Source of the DNA: Thermoproteota archaeon
GTDB lineage: Archaea; Thermoproteota; Nitrososphaeria_A; Caldarchaeales; Calditenuaceae
Direction of reading: 5' to 3'
NCBI GenBank assembly: GCA_030550155.1
Contig: JAUQPZ010000003.1
Span: forward strand, 22,916 to 86,915
Length of the DNA stretch: 64,000 nt
In this document: piece after piece, positions 28,537 to 38,272 of the stretch
Numbering within the stretch: position 1 is the first letter of the stretch
How the letters are laid out: every line of letters begins with the position of its first letter
Notes under the pieces: model-generated
Databases searched by the model: none
What the model saw: only the letters and a program-made list of their open reading frames with translations
Told to the model about the DNA's origin: nothing
Program-made: the position numbers and the translations under genes

Positions 28537-29205
28537 TTGGACCTTAACCGTTTTTTGTTCGAGATCCTGCCATATCTTGCAGAGGGCATTCCCGTCACCC
28601 TTCAGCTGACCGTCCTCTCCTTCGCGCTGGGCTTGGCGCTAGGCTCTCTGCTTGCCGCCGCACGCGTATTCGGCTCCGCCCCTCTCTCAGTGGTCGCGCG
28701 CTCCTACATTGAGTTCTTCCGCGGAACACCTTTACTTGTCCAGATATTCTTCATCTATTTCGGCCTCCCCGCGTTAGGAGTCAAGCTCGACGCCTTCACA
28801 GCCTCGATAGTCGCTATTGGGCTGAACAGCGCCTCCTACCAGGCCGAGCTTCTCAGGTCGGCAATCAAGAGCATACCCGAGGAGCAGTATTTAGCCGCAG
28901 AGTCGCTCGGAATGTCCACACTTCAGACATATAGGCACATCATCTTTCCACAAGCTATCCGGGTTGCTACGCCCGCGCTGGTTAACGAGTTTGTGGCGCT
29001 CGTCAAATACACATCCCTCGCCTCGATAATCGGCGTGGCAGAGCTCTTCAGAAAAACAGAGTATATGGTTTCGTATACCTTTATGCCTGAGATCTATCTG
29101 GTGGCTGCGGCGATATACTTGGCCATATGCCTCCCAACTTCGCAGTTTGCTAAGACGCTTGAGAGCAAGTATGCTATACCTGGGTTTAAGAGGGCGTTGA
29201 TTTGA
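28537..29205 (+). CDS. polar amino-acid ABC transporter permease
   Basis: 222 aa, 5 TM helices and the EAA loop (AAESLGMSTLQTYRHIIFPQA). Confidence 0.85.
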   Translation: MDLNRFLFEILPYLAEGIPVTLQLTVLSFALGLALGSLLAAARVFGSAPLSVVARSYIEFFRGTPLLVQIFFIYFGLPALGVKLDAFTASIVAIGLNSASYQAELLRSAIKSIPEEQYLAAESLGMSTLQTYRHIIFPQAIRVATPALVNEFVALVKYTSLASIIGVAELFRKTEYMVSYTFMPEIYLVAAAIYLAICLPTSQFAKTLESKYAIPGFKRALI

Positions 29206-29960
29206 GCGAGCCGTTGCTATTGATTGATGGGTTGAAGGCTGGGTACGGCTCTGTCGAGGTGTTGAGAGGTGTTCACCTCTCTGTAGATAAGGGTGAGAAG
29301 GTTGTCATACTGGGGCCTAGTGGCTCAGGCAAAAGCACGCTCCTGAAGTGTATCCCCTACCTAGTGAGGCCGTGGTCGGGCGAGATAAGAGTTGACGGAG
29401 AGCTCGTGAACTCTGACCCCTCAACTCTTAGGAGGATTAGGTCGAGCATCGGCTTTGTCTTCCAGCAATACAATCTCTTCCCTCACATGACATCGATCAG
29501 GAACGTTGCACTGTCTTTAGAGCTCAATCGGAGGCTGCCAAGGCAGGAGTCAGAGAAGATTGCCTACTCTGTGATGAGTATGCTGGGTATAGGGGAGCTA
29601 GCTGGCAAGTATCCCTTAGAGCTCTCGGGCGGGCAGCAGCAGAGGGTTGCAATCGCTAGGGCTCTGGCGATAGACCCCAAGCTCCTCCTACTTGACGAGC
29701 CGACCTCGGCCTTAGACCCCGAGCTCAGATACGAGGTTGTGGAGACCCTCTACCAAGTCGCGAAGCAGGGTAGGTCGATGCTTATTGTGACTCACGAGGT
29801 AGACTTCGCGGAGGCCGCCGCCGATAGGGTTGTTTTTATCGATGAGGGGGTTATAGTGGAGGAAGGCGATGCGCGGGAGGTCCTTGAGCGCCCTCGAAAG
29901 GAGAGGACTGAAAGATTCCTTAAGAGGCTGAGGAGTAAGGTAGGGAATGCAGCCACGTAG
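29202..29960 (+). CDS. polar amino-acid ABC transporter ATP-binding protein (GlnQ-like)
   Basis: 252 aa. Walker A GPSGSGKST, ABC signature LSGGQQQRVAIARAL, Walker B LLLDEPTSALD. Overlaps the permease gene by 4 nt. Confidence 0.9.
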   Translation: MSEPLLLIDGLKAGYGSVEVLRGVHLSVDKGEKVVILGPSGSGKSTLLKCIPYLVRPWSGEIRVDGELVNSDPSTLRRIRSSIGFVFQQYNLFPHMTSIRNVALSLELNRRLPRQESEKIAYSVMSMLGIGELAGKYPLELSGGQQQRVAIARALAIDPKLLLLDEPTSALDPELRYEVVETLYQVAKQGRSMLIVTHEVDFAEAAADRVVFIDEGVIVEEGDAREVLERPRKERTERFLKRLRSKVGNAAT

Positions 29961-30019
29961 AGGCGCTTAGCTTGGTCAAGCTTAAATCCCGATATCCCAA
30001 GTTTCAGCGGCTAGGCTAA

Positions 30020-30436
30020 ATGACCAGCTACATCCTCTGCATACCCGAGAGTCTAAGCCTCTCCGAGAGAAGAAGCATAATCGTCTGGGATGCTATTACT
30101 GAGCTGGTGGGAGAGCTGCTACCTGAGAGGAGGGGCCTGCTGAGCCGCTGGAACGAGAAGCACGTGGCGTCGAGAGAGGAGTCGGCGGCTTGGCTTGAGG
30201 CGTGTTTCCGTGTCAGGGATTACAAGCCGCGGGTTCCTGTAGACCTTTCACAGTTCTACACCCCCTTTGGCTATGACATTGAGAAGGCGGCGAAGGCTTT
30301 GAAGATTAAGCAGAGGCAGGCTGCAATGATGTTCAGGAAGCTGGAGAAGGCTTTGATGCTAGCCGTGTGCAACGAGGTCGCGTATGCCGTTAAACACAGC
30401 TGGGAGAATCAGCACACCATAGTGTTGACAGAGTAG
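30020..30436 (+). CDS. hypothetical protein
   Basis: 138 aa ORF, no recognised motif. Confidence 0.4.
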   Translation: MTSYILCIPESLSLSERRSIIVWDAITELVGELLPERRGLLSRWNEKHVASREESAAWLEACFRVRDYKPRVPVDLSQFYTPFGYDIEKAAKALKIKQRQAAMMFRKLEKALMLAVCNEVAYAVKHSWENQHTIVLTE

Positions 30437-30441
30437 CCAGT

Positions 30442-32232
30442 TCAGGCCGCCTCCACGTAATAATACTCCCCCATCTCTTTCTGCGCCTTGTCAAGCCTAG
30501 AGCCAGGCTTGTTGACACGCGGCCTGTTGCTCTTCTTATCCCGCCTGAATGTTATCCCCAGCTCTGAGAGAAATCTGTTGAAACCGTCACGGAGATTCAT
30601 GGGAGGATTGGCATATCCCTCGATTCCCGGCCTACCTGAGAAGACCATCAACCTTGTGGCCGCAAAGTCGATAAGCATCAGGTCATGCTCGACAAGGAAG
30701 ATGTATGCTCCTCTCTCCCTCGCAAGCCTCTTCAAAAGCCTTGCAACAACGTATCGCTCCTCAACATCCAGAAATGCGCTCGGCTCGTCTAGAAGATAGA
30801 TTTCAGCCTCTCGGGAGAGAGCCTCAGCCACAGCGAAGCGCTGAAGCTCGCCACCGCTAAGCTCCGCCAAGTTTCTGTCGAGAAGTCTGTCGAGCCCAAG
30901 CGGTTTTAGGATCTCTGAGCGGTATAGCTCTGTGTCGAGGGCTCTCCCGGCCGCCTCCTTTAGGGCATCTATTACAAGTTGGTCTCGAGGCTCGGGGTGT
31001 TGGGGCTTGTAGCTGAGAGACCTGTATTCTATCCTGTTACCTTCGTCGTCTTTTTCTTGGCCTGCCAAGAGCTTGATGAATGTGGATTTGCCTATGCCGT
31101 TGGGGCCGACTATTCCGATTACCTCGCCCATCTTCGCATACCCTTCCTCGACCACGAGCCTAAAAGATTCGTAGGTCTTCGTCATTCTTAGCCAGTAAAT
31201 CGATGGGCCACCCCCCGCATCCTGTGTTGATGGCGTGTGGACTGAGAAAGCAATCTCATAGTTTCTGAACCTGACGTTGTCTAAGGGCGCGTAGCCCTCC
31301 AAGTATGTGTTGACGCCCTCGCTGAGGCTGTAGGGGCCCGACACAACGCCATAAACGCCGGACTCGCCATAGAAGATGAATATCGTGTCGGATACATAAT
31401 CAAGGAATGAAAGGTCATGGTCCGCCACGAAGACTCGGGCTTCACCACTCTCAACCAAGCCTCGAATAGCTGATGCCGCCCTCACCCTTTGCCTTACATC
31501 GAGGAAGCTTGAAGGCTCGTCAAAGATAAAACAGTCGCCACCCCTTAGGATGGCCGCGGCTATTGCGAGACGCTGGAGCTCGCCACCGCTGAGGGCGGAG
31601 ACATCTCTATCGAGGAGATGTCTAAGCTCTAGTTGGTCAACAACTTCGTGGATGGGGCGGGAGCCTGCGATTCGTGTGAGTATCTCGCCAACCTTCCCCT
31701 TAACTGCTCTCGGAATTAGAGTTATGTTCTGAGGCTTATAGGCCACTTGAAACCGCCCCTCAGCCATCCTTCTGAAGTAGTCTTGAATGAGTGTGCCCCG
31801 AAACCTCTTAGCAACCTCCTCCCACCCCTGACCATCCTCCAGCCTCCCGAGGTTGGGCTTTAGGCTCCCAGCCAGTATCGAGAGAGCCGTAGACTTACCG
31901 ATTCCATTCCTGCCAAGGAGGCCTGTGACCGTCCCCGGCTCGACGAATGGGAGCCTGTACAGCCTGAAAGAGTTCACACCATATTGGTGGATTAAGTCCT
32001 CCCCGAGCTCTGAGGGTAAGTTGACAATCGATATCGCCTCGAAGGGGCATTTAGCGATGCATATTCCGCATCCTATGCAGAGCTCCTCGTTTATGACGGG
32101 GAACCCATTCTCCCCCATCTTTATGGCCTCGATCTTGTTTCTGACGGGTGGGCAGAAGGCTATGCAAGGTGTCCCACACTTTGTCGGCTGGCAGTGGTCT
32201 AGGTCTATCACGGCGACACGTAACACCCTCAC
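30442..32232 (-). CDS. abcE1: ABCE1 / RNase L inhibitor (ribosome recycling factor)
   Basis: 596 aa. N-terminal two [4Fe-4S] ferredoxin motifs (CQPTKCGTPCIAFCP; CIGCGICIAKCP) followed by two ABC ATPase domains (GRNGIGKST / GPNGIGKST, LSGGELQR x2). Confidence 0.9.
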   Translation of the reverse strand: MRVLRVAVIDLDHCQPTKCGTPCIAFCPPVRNKIEAIKMGENGFPVINEELCIGCGICIAKCPFEAISIVNLPSELGEDLIHQYGVNSFRLYRLPFVEPGTVTGLLGRNGIGKSTALSILAGSLKPNLGRLEDGQGWEEVAKRFRGTLIQDYFRRMAEGRFQVAYKPQNITLIPRAVKGKVGEILTRIAGSRPIHEVVDQLELRHLLDRDVSALSGGELQRLAIAAAILRGGDCFIFDEPSSFLDVRQRVRAASAIRGLVESGEARVFVADHDLSFLDYVSDTIFIFYGESGVYGVVSGPYSLSEGVNTYLEGYAPLDNVRFRNYEIAFSVHTPSTQDAGGGPSIYWLRMTKTYESFRLVVEEGYAKMGEVIGIVGPNGIGKSTFIKLLAGQEKDDEGNRIEYRSLSYKPQHPEPRDQLVIDALKEAAGRALDTELYRSEILKPLGLDRLLDRNLAELSGGELQRFAVAEALSREAEIYLLDEPSAFLDVEERYVVARLLKRLARERGAYIFLVEHDLMLIDFAATRLMVFSGRPGIEGYANPPMNLRDGFNRFLSELGITFRRDKKSNRPRVNKPGSRLDKAQKEMGEYYYVEAA

Positions 32233-32405
32233 TCACCATCCATGCGCCGGCCTATGCAGCAGACCCTCATCGGCCCTTCCACAACCACGGATACTAAAGC
32301 GATTGCCACAATTTCAACCCTACAACACGACCCACGCAGCAATACTCATGGGCCACGCCCTTATTCTCTTAAATATGGGCGCGGCTTGAACTGTTTTAGA
32401 AAAAG

Positions 32406-33089
32406 ATGGTACTTACAGCGAAGATTTTCGAGGTAAGAGAAGAGACAACTCTGGCGACCATCGCGGCTAAGCTCAGAGAGTTCAGGGAGCCCGAGATAGT
32501 TAAGGAAGGCGATATGGAGATTGAGCTTGTGACAGATGTCCACGACATTAATGCGGGCAACAACTATCTTTCAGGAATCTTTAGCAGGGATAAGCTTGTC
32601 AGAATCAGCCAGAGGGGGAAGCGTGTCCCCGTGGTGAAGACGATCGACGCTTACATCGAGTTCAGGAACTACAGCGACAAGACGCTACTTACAGTTGCCC
32701 AAGAGAAAAATTTCGCAAACTCTGCCGCGACGATTCTCTCCAGGGCCCTCTTCCTAAACTACAAGAGCATCACGGAGGCCTTCATCCCCCCGGAGAAGAT
32801 GCAGGAGATTCATGAAACCAACCCTGAGGGCACCCGCCTGATCTGGTTTGACCAAGTTGACATTCCGGGTGTTGATAAGCTTGCACTTGCGGGTCCCTCA
32901 CTGATGGACACCTCGCTCTACCAAGAATACCTGAGCCATGGCAAGATATGGTATATCGTCTATACTACGAGGAGCGGGGGTAAAATAATAGGCTTGACCA
33001 GGAACGGCGTGGTTACGGCCTTCACGAAGATGCCTGAGTCAGAGTTCATAGATTACATAGTTAGTAGCATCTTCCCCCTGATTAGGTGA
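32406..33089 (+). CDS. hypothetical protein
   Basis: 227 aa ORF between abcE1 and the lys cluster, no recognised motif. Confidence 0.45.
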   Translation: MVLTAKIFEVREETTLATIAAKLREFREPEIVKEGDMEIELVTDVHDINAGNNYLSGIFSRDKLVRISQRGKRVPVVKTIDAYIEFRNYSDKTLLTVAQEKNFANSAATILSRALFLNYKSITEAFIPPEKMQEIHETNPEGTRLIWFDQVDIPGVDKLALAGPSLMDTSLYQEYLSHGKIWYIVYTTRSGGKIIGLTRNGVVTAFTKMPESEFIDYIVSSIFPLIR

Positions 33090-33215
33090 GAGAGAATAGG
33101 TGACAACCAAAGAATCTTTAGAGAGTGGCTGTTCTTACTTACTTTTCTTCAGGAATTTTATGGGTTTTTATTTAGGCTTATCATCTTGCTTTAGCGCAGC
33201 AATGGGGCAGACGGG

Positions 33216-34079
33216 GTGGGTGTCAAGGTAGTGATGGGGGTTGAGCTACTATACGATACGCCAAGGCTGGAAGAGAAGCTGATGATAGAGGGGTTGAGGT
33301 CTATGGGCGTGACGGTTACGCTCACAAATGTCAACACTACGCCATTGCTCATAGGCGAGGCCTCGACAGACATAGCTCTCGTGAGGGTCATGTCGATGCA
33401 AAAGGCCCTCTACTCAGCCGCCATAAGAGAAGCCGCGGGCTCCAAGACAATCAACAGCTCCACCACTTTAGTGCTATGCGGAGACAAGATACTTACTTTG
33501 AGCAGGCTCATGGCTATGGGAATCAAGGTGCCCAGAAGCATGGTGGTCATGGGGACAGAGTCGGCTGAGATAGCCTTCAGACAGTTCCCCAAACCCTTCG
33601 TCGACAAGCCGCCTATAGGTAGCTGGGGAAGACTTGTCACCTTAGTAAACGATGCCGCCACCTGGAGGAGCGTCTTAGAGCACAGACAGATGATGCAGAG
33701 CCAGCAGCTCAGAACACACATAGTTCAAGAATATATCAAGAGTGGGGGCAGGGATATCAGGACAATCGTCATTGCCGGCGAGATTGTTGGCGCGATAACT
33801 AGGAAGAGTGTGGGGGATGAGTGGAGGACCAATGTGGCTCTCGGGGGTAAGACCGAGCCTATCCGGCTGAATGGGGAGATTGCTGAGCTGAGTCTTAAGG
33901 CCGCTGAGGCCGTGAACGGCGACTGCATCTCTGTGGATATACTGGAGGATATGAATACGGGGGAGCTCTATCTCAACGAGGTGAATGGTGTGCCCGAGTT
34001 CAAGGGCTTCATGGAGGCAACGGGCATAAACGTTGCTAACGAGCTGGTCAAGTATATCATTAGTGTGATGAAGAGATGA
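33216..34079 (+). CDS. lysX: LysX/ArgX-family ATP-grasp ligase (LysW-glutamate/alpha-aminoadipate ligase)
   Basis: 287 aa RimK-like ATP-grasp. First gene of a LysW-type cluster. Confidence 0.8.
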   Translation: MGVKVVMGVELLYDTPRLEEKLMIEGLRSMGVTVTLTNVNTTPLLIGEASTDIALVRVMSMQKALYSAAIREAAGSKTINSSTTLVLCGDKILTLSRLMAMGIKVPRSMVVMGTESAEIAFRQFPKPFVDKPPIGSWGRLVTLVNDAATWRSVLEHRQMMQSQQLRTHIVQEYIKSGGRDIRTIVIAGEIVGAITRKSVGDEWRTNVALGGKTEPIRLNGEIAELSLKAAEAVNGDCISVDILEDMNTGELYLNEVNGVPEFKGFMEATGINVANELVKYIISVMKR

Positions 34080-35131
34080 GCCACCGCGTAGCGATAATCG
34101 GTGCAAGCGGCTATACAGGCGGAGAAGTCCTTAGGCTTCTCGCATCCCACCCCAGCGTCGAGGTAGTCGCTGCAACCTCCCGCGAATACGCAGGCAAACC
34201 CGTCTCCTCTATCCATCTTCATCTACGCTCCATCCTCGGCTCGCTTAAGTTCACGGAGCTAAACATAGAAAAAATGGCCTCTGAAGCCGATGTCGTCTTT
34301 CTAAGCGTACCCTCAGGCGTCTCGCAAACCCTCACTGCAAGGCTGCTGGAGGGAGGGCTCAGAGTAGTTGACCTCAGCTCAGATTTCAGGCTCAAGTCCC
34401 CCAGCCTCTACGAGGAGTGGTATGGCTTCAGCCACAGCAACCCCGGCCTCCTCTCAGAGAGCGTCTACGGCCTGCCGGAGCTTCACCGGGACGAGATTAG
34501 GGGGGCGAGGCTGGTTGCTTGTCCGGGCTGTAACGCCACCGCCGCGATACTGTCTTTGGCGCCAGCTGTTCGCGAGGGGCTGATAGACTTGGAGCACATA
34601 GCGGTAGATGTCAAGGTTGGTAGCAGCGAGGCGGGTAGGCAGCCGAGCCATGGGACACACCATCCCGAAAGGGCTAACGTCATTAGGCCCTATGAGGCGG
34701 AGGGGCATAGACATGTAGCCGAAGTCGAACAGGAACTCTCTGCGCTATGTGGAAGAAGACTCAGGGTCGCGATGGTCCCCCACGCTGTCGGGAATGTACG
34801 CGGCGCCCTTGCGACGGCGCATGTATGGCTGGCCGACGATTTCGACGAGGCGGCCATTTGGAGAGCCTATGCAAAACACTATGGAAAGGAGCCATTCATC
34901 AGAATAATCAGATCTGGCCCGGTGAAGTATCCTGACCCAAAATACGTGATTGGCAGCAACTACTGCGATGTGGGATTTGCGGTTGAGCAGGCTAGGGGTA
35001 GGGCGGCGCTCTTCGCCGCGATAGATAACTTGATGAAGGGGGCTGCTGGGCAAGGGGTCCAGTGCATGAACATTATGCTGGGGCTTGATGAGCGGGAAGG
35101 GTTGAGATACCTGCCCATCAGCCCGGTGTAG
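34076..35131 (+). CDS. lysY: LysY/ArgC [LysW]-aminoadipyl/glutamyl-phosphate reductase
   Basis: 351 aa. N-terminal NAD(P) motif VAIIGASGYTGGEVLRLL, catalytic Cys region (ACPGCNATA). Overlaps lysX by 4 nt. Confidence 0.9.
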   Translation: MSHRVAIIGASGYTGGEVLRLLASHPSVEVVAATSREYAGKPVSSIHLHLRSILGSLKFTELNIEKMASEADVVFLSVPSGVSQTLTARLLEGGLRVVDLSSDFRLKSPSLYEEWYGFSHSNPGLLSESVYGLPELHRDEIRGARLVACPGCNATAAILSLAPAVREGLIDLEHIAVDVKVGSSEAGRQPSHGTHHPERANVIRPYEAEGHRHVAEVEQELSALCGRRLRVAMVPHAVGNVRGALATAHVWLADDFDEAAIWRAYAKHYGKEPFIRIIRSGPVKYPDPKYVIGSNYCDVGFAVEQARGRAALFAAIDNLMKGAAGQGVQCMNIMLGLDEREGLRYLPISPV

Positions 35132-35160
35132 CGGAGGTAGAGGCAGGGAGGGGATCCAGC

Positions 35161-35958
35161 ATGGTTGTTGTCGTGAAGGCCGGTGGAAGAGTTCTTCAAA
35201 AAAATATGGAGACCATCGCTAAGAGCCTAGCCGGCATGTCGGGAGAGGGCTTGGTCTTTGTGCACGGCGGCGGAGACGTGGTGACGGAGTACTCGAAGAA
35301 GCTGGGGATAACTCCCATGATAGTAACCTCGCCGTCAGGAATTAGGAGCAGATACACTGACGAACGCGAGCTGGAAGTCTACGTGATGACCATGGCTGGG
35401 AAGATAAACAAAGAGATTGTCTCGGCCGTTCAACGCTTCGGCGGAAAGGCCGTCGGGCTTTCGGGTGTCGACGGCGCGCTGCTCTTAGCCGAGAGGAAAA
35501 AGAGAATCATAATCGTTGACGAGAGGGGAAGAAATAGAGTGATTCCTGGAGGATATACGGGGAGCATAAGATCCGTGAACTCCGCGCTACTCACGACGAT
35601 TCTTGAGGGAGGTTTCACCCCCATAGTGGCCCCTCTCGCCTTGGGGACTGAGGGAGAGATACTTAATGTGGATGGCGACCAGGCGGCCTCATGGATTGCG
35701 AGGAGCCTCTCGGCGGAGCTTCTAGTCTTTCTCAGCGATGTGGAGGGAGTGATGGTTGGTGGGAGGGTTGTTGAGCGCCTCTCACCATCCGAGGCACTGG
35801 AGCTTTCAAAAACAGTTGGCCCGGGAATGAACAGGAAGCTCGCGCTGGCCGGCGAATCTGTGATGGCTACCGTGGGTAAGGCCTTAATCACCAGTGGGCT
35901 TGGAGAAGACCTGCTCTCGAGAATACGGGCGTCTCAAGGAACCGTGATTCAGCCTTAG
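35161..35958 (+). CDS. lysZ: LysZ/ArgB [LysW]-aminoadipate/glutamate kinase (amino-acid kinase family)
   Basis: 265 aa. Amino-acid kinase fold (VVKAGGRVL...FVHGGG). Confidence 0.85.
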   Translation: MVVVVKAGGRVLQKNMETIAKSLAGMSGEGLVFVHGGGDVVTEYSKKLGITPMIVTSPSGIRSRYTDERELEVYVMTMAGKINKEIVSAVQRFGGKAVGLSGVDGALLLAERKKRIIIVDERGRNRVIPGGYTGSIRSVNSALLTTILEGGFTPIVAPLALGTEGEILNVDGDQAASWIARSLSAELLVFLSDVEGVMVGGRVVERLSPSEALELSKTVGPGMNRKLALAGESVMATVGKALITSGLGEDLLSRIRASQGTVIQP

Positions 35959-36067
35959 GGGGGAGGTCAAAGTTTATAGTATTGCTGATTCAGTTCAAAA
36001 AATTACGAAATTCAATAATGGAGATACGTTTATCAATTAGGAATTTATTACCCTTAATACTGAATAG

Positions 36068-36250
36068 GTGGTAGTCTTGCCGGAACTCAAATGCCCAGTC
36101 TGCTACGGCACGGTCAAGGTCCCAGAAGACGCCCTCGACGGCGAATTATTCGAGCACGAAGAGTGCGGCGCCCAGCTTGAACTAGTCACAAGTAACGGCT
36201 CTAAGGTGCTTAAGCTGGCCGAGGAAGTGGGGGAGGACTGGGGAGAGTAG
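36068..36250 (+). CDS. lysW: LysW amino-group carrier protein
   Basis: 60 aa. Zinc-ribbon CPVCYG...EHEECGAQLEL and the acidic C-terminal EDWGE that is the attachment site in LysW/ArgW. Confidence 0.85.
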   Translation: MVVLPELKCPVCYGTVKVPEDALDGELFEHEECGAQLELVTSNGSKVLKLAEEVGEDWGE

Positions 36251-36254
36251 GGTA

Positions 36255-37100
36255 GTGATTATTGGCTTAGTCTATGACCTGTTGCGGCATGAAGAGCGAA
36301 TGCTTATAGAGGCTATCAGGAGCAAAGGTCACGGCCTTAAGCTTCTATTCGTCCCTGAAAGGATAGATTACCTAGGCGAGAGGAACAGCGAGCAGTTTGA
36401 TTTCGCTTTTCAGAGGAGCGTCAGCCATTACCGGGCCCTGGCGTCATCCGCGATACTCGAGTCGCGCGGCGTCCGCGTAGTCAACTCATATCAGACGATT
36501 AGGGATAGTGGAGATAAACTGGTAACGACCGCGATACTTGCAAGCCGCGGAATAAAAGTGCCTAAGACCGCTGTGGCCTACAGTAGGGATGGAGCCATCA
36601 TGGCTGCGCGCGAGATAGGCTATCCGGTCGTGGTCAAGCCGATATTGGGGAGCTGGGGCCGCATGATTGCTAGAGCTAAGAACGAGGACGACTTGCTGGA
36701 CATCATGGATTTCAGGGAGGCGATGAGCTCGCCTCACTTCAAGATACACTACATCCAGCAGTACATTGACAAGCCCGGCCGAGATATCAGAGCCTTCTAT
36801 GTATGGGGCGAAGTCCCGACAGCCATCTACAGAATCAGCCAGCGCTGGAAAACAAACACGGCTCTCGGAGCCAAGGCGGCCCCCGCCAGCCTGTCGGAGG
36901 AGCAGGTCGACTTGGTGATTCGGGCCGGAGAGGCGATGGGTAGCGGGGTGCTTGGGATAGACCTGCTCGAGACCAAGGAGGGTGATACGCTGGTGGTCGA
37001 GGTAAATGCTGTGGTGGAGTTCAGGAATACTGTCCAAGTGACGGGCTACGACTTGGCGGGTAAGATGGTTGAGGAGACTGTCCGGGTCATGAGGAGCTAA
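36255..37100 (+). CDS. argX: second LysX/ArgX-family ATP-grasp ligase
   Basis: 281 aa RimK-like ATP-grasp, paralogous to 33216..34079. Two ligases imply separate Lys and Arg branches sharing LysW. Confidence 0.8.
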   Translation: MIIGLVYDLLRHEERMLIEAIRSKGHGLKLLFVPERIDYLGERNSEQFDFAFQRSVSHYRALASSAILESRGVRVVNSYQTIRDSGDKLVTTAILASRGIKVPKTAVAYSRDGAIMAAREIGYPVVVKPILGSWGRMIARAKNEDDLLDIMDFREAMSSPHFKIHYIQQYIDKPGRDIRAFYVWGEVPTAIYRISQRWKTNTALGAKAAPASLSEEQVDLVIRAGEAMGSGVLGIDLLETKEGDTLVVEVNAVVEFRNTVQVTGYDLAGKMVEETVRVMRS

Positions 37101-37105
37101 ACGTC

Positions 37106-38272
37106 ATGACCTCTCTCCTGAAATTCTCTGCACCGCGAGGCCTCAGAATAGCTAGGGCGGAGGGGCAGTATGTCTGGGACACCTCTGGGAGAAGATACAT
37201 AGACTTCCACACGGGACACGGCGCGGCGTTCCTAGGGCACAGAAACAAGTACGTGGTTGCGAGGCTGAGAGAGCAGCTTGAGACACTTACATCTATGCCG
37301 CCAGTCTTTGACCACGCAATACTGGATGAGGCTTTGAAGAGCTTAGACAGAATCCTACCGAGCCATCTAAGAAACGTCTTCTTCATGAACAGTGGAAGCG
37401 AGGCGGTCGAGCTCGCGCTCAAGCTGACTAGGAAGAGGAGTGGAAGGAAGTTCTTCGCCTCATTCATGGGGGGGTTTCATGGAAGGACGATGGCTGCTCT
37501 GGGAGTCACTCACAACCCACGCTACAGGCAAGGGTTCGACCCCTTCCCAGGCGAGACTCTCTTTCTGCCTTTCAACAGGCCTGACCTGCTCCAAGGCTTA
37601 AACGACTCTATCTCCGCCGTTATTGTTGAACCAGTCCAAGGAGAGGCAGGAGTCCACCCGGCAACGCGCGAGTTCATGAGGGCCGTGGAGGAGAGGTGTA
37701 GAGAGGTGGGCGCATATCTCGTAGTCGATGAGGTGCAGGCGGGGTTTGGAAGGGCTGGGTACGTGTGGAGTCATCTCGAGCTTGGAGTTAGGCCTGACGT
37801 GATGGTCGCGGGCAAGTCTGTGGGCGGCGGCTTCCCTGTCAGCTTTGTCGCTGTCTCTAACGAGATCGCTGAGAGGGTTGAGGAGGGGGAGCATGGCTCG
37901 ACCCACGGCGGTAATCCACTGGCGTTGGCCGCGCTTGTTGGCGGGATCGAGGCCCTTGAGAAGGAGGATGTACCCGGAAAGGCGAGACATATGGGCGAGA
38001 TACTCGCGTCTCAGTTGAGCGAGGTTGTGGGAGAGTATGAAGGAGTGGTTAGAGAGCTGAGGCATAAGGGGTTGATGATCGGTCTGGAGCTGAGGCAGAG
38101 GGTTGCGCCTATAATCTCGCAGTTGCAGGAGAGGGGGCTCCTAGCGTTGAGGTCGGGCTCGATAGTTCTCAGGTTTCTGCCACCCTACCTCATAACAGAG
38201 CAGGACATAGAGAGCGGCGTCTCGATCCTTAGAGAGGCTCTTTCAAATGCGAGGAAAGGTGTCGAGGTTTGA
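37106..38272 (+). CDS. lysJ: LysJ/ArgD class-III aminotransferase (acetylornithine / LysW-lysine aminotransferase)
   Basis: 388 aa PLP enzyme. Lys region VMVAGKSVGGGFP and class-III layout. Confidence 0.9.
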   Translation: MTSLLKFSAPRGLRIARAEGQYVWDTSGRRYIDFHTGHGAAFLGHRNKYVVARLREQLETLTSMPPVFDHAILDEALKSLDRILPSHLRNVFFMNSGSEAVELALKLTRKRSGRKFFASFMGGFHGRTMAALGVTHNPRYRQGFDPFPGETLFLPFNRPDLLQGLNDSISAVIVEPVQGEAGVHPATREFMRAVEERCREVGAYLVVDEVQAGFGRAGYVWSHLELGVRPDVMVAGKSVGGGFPVSFVAVSNEIAERVEEGEHGSTHGGNPLALAALVGGIEALEKEDVPGKARHMGEILASQLSEVVGEYEGVVRELRHKGLMIGLELRQRVAPIISQLQERGLLALRSGSIVLRFLPPYLITEQDIESGVSILREALSNARKGVEV

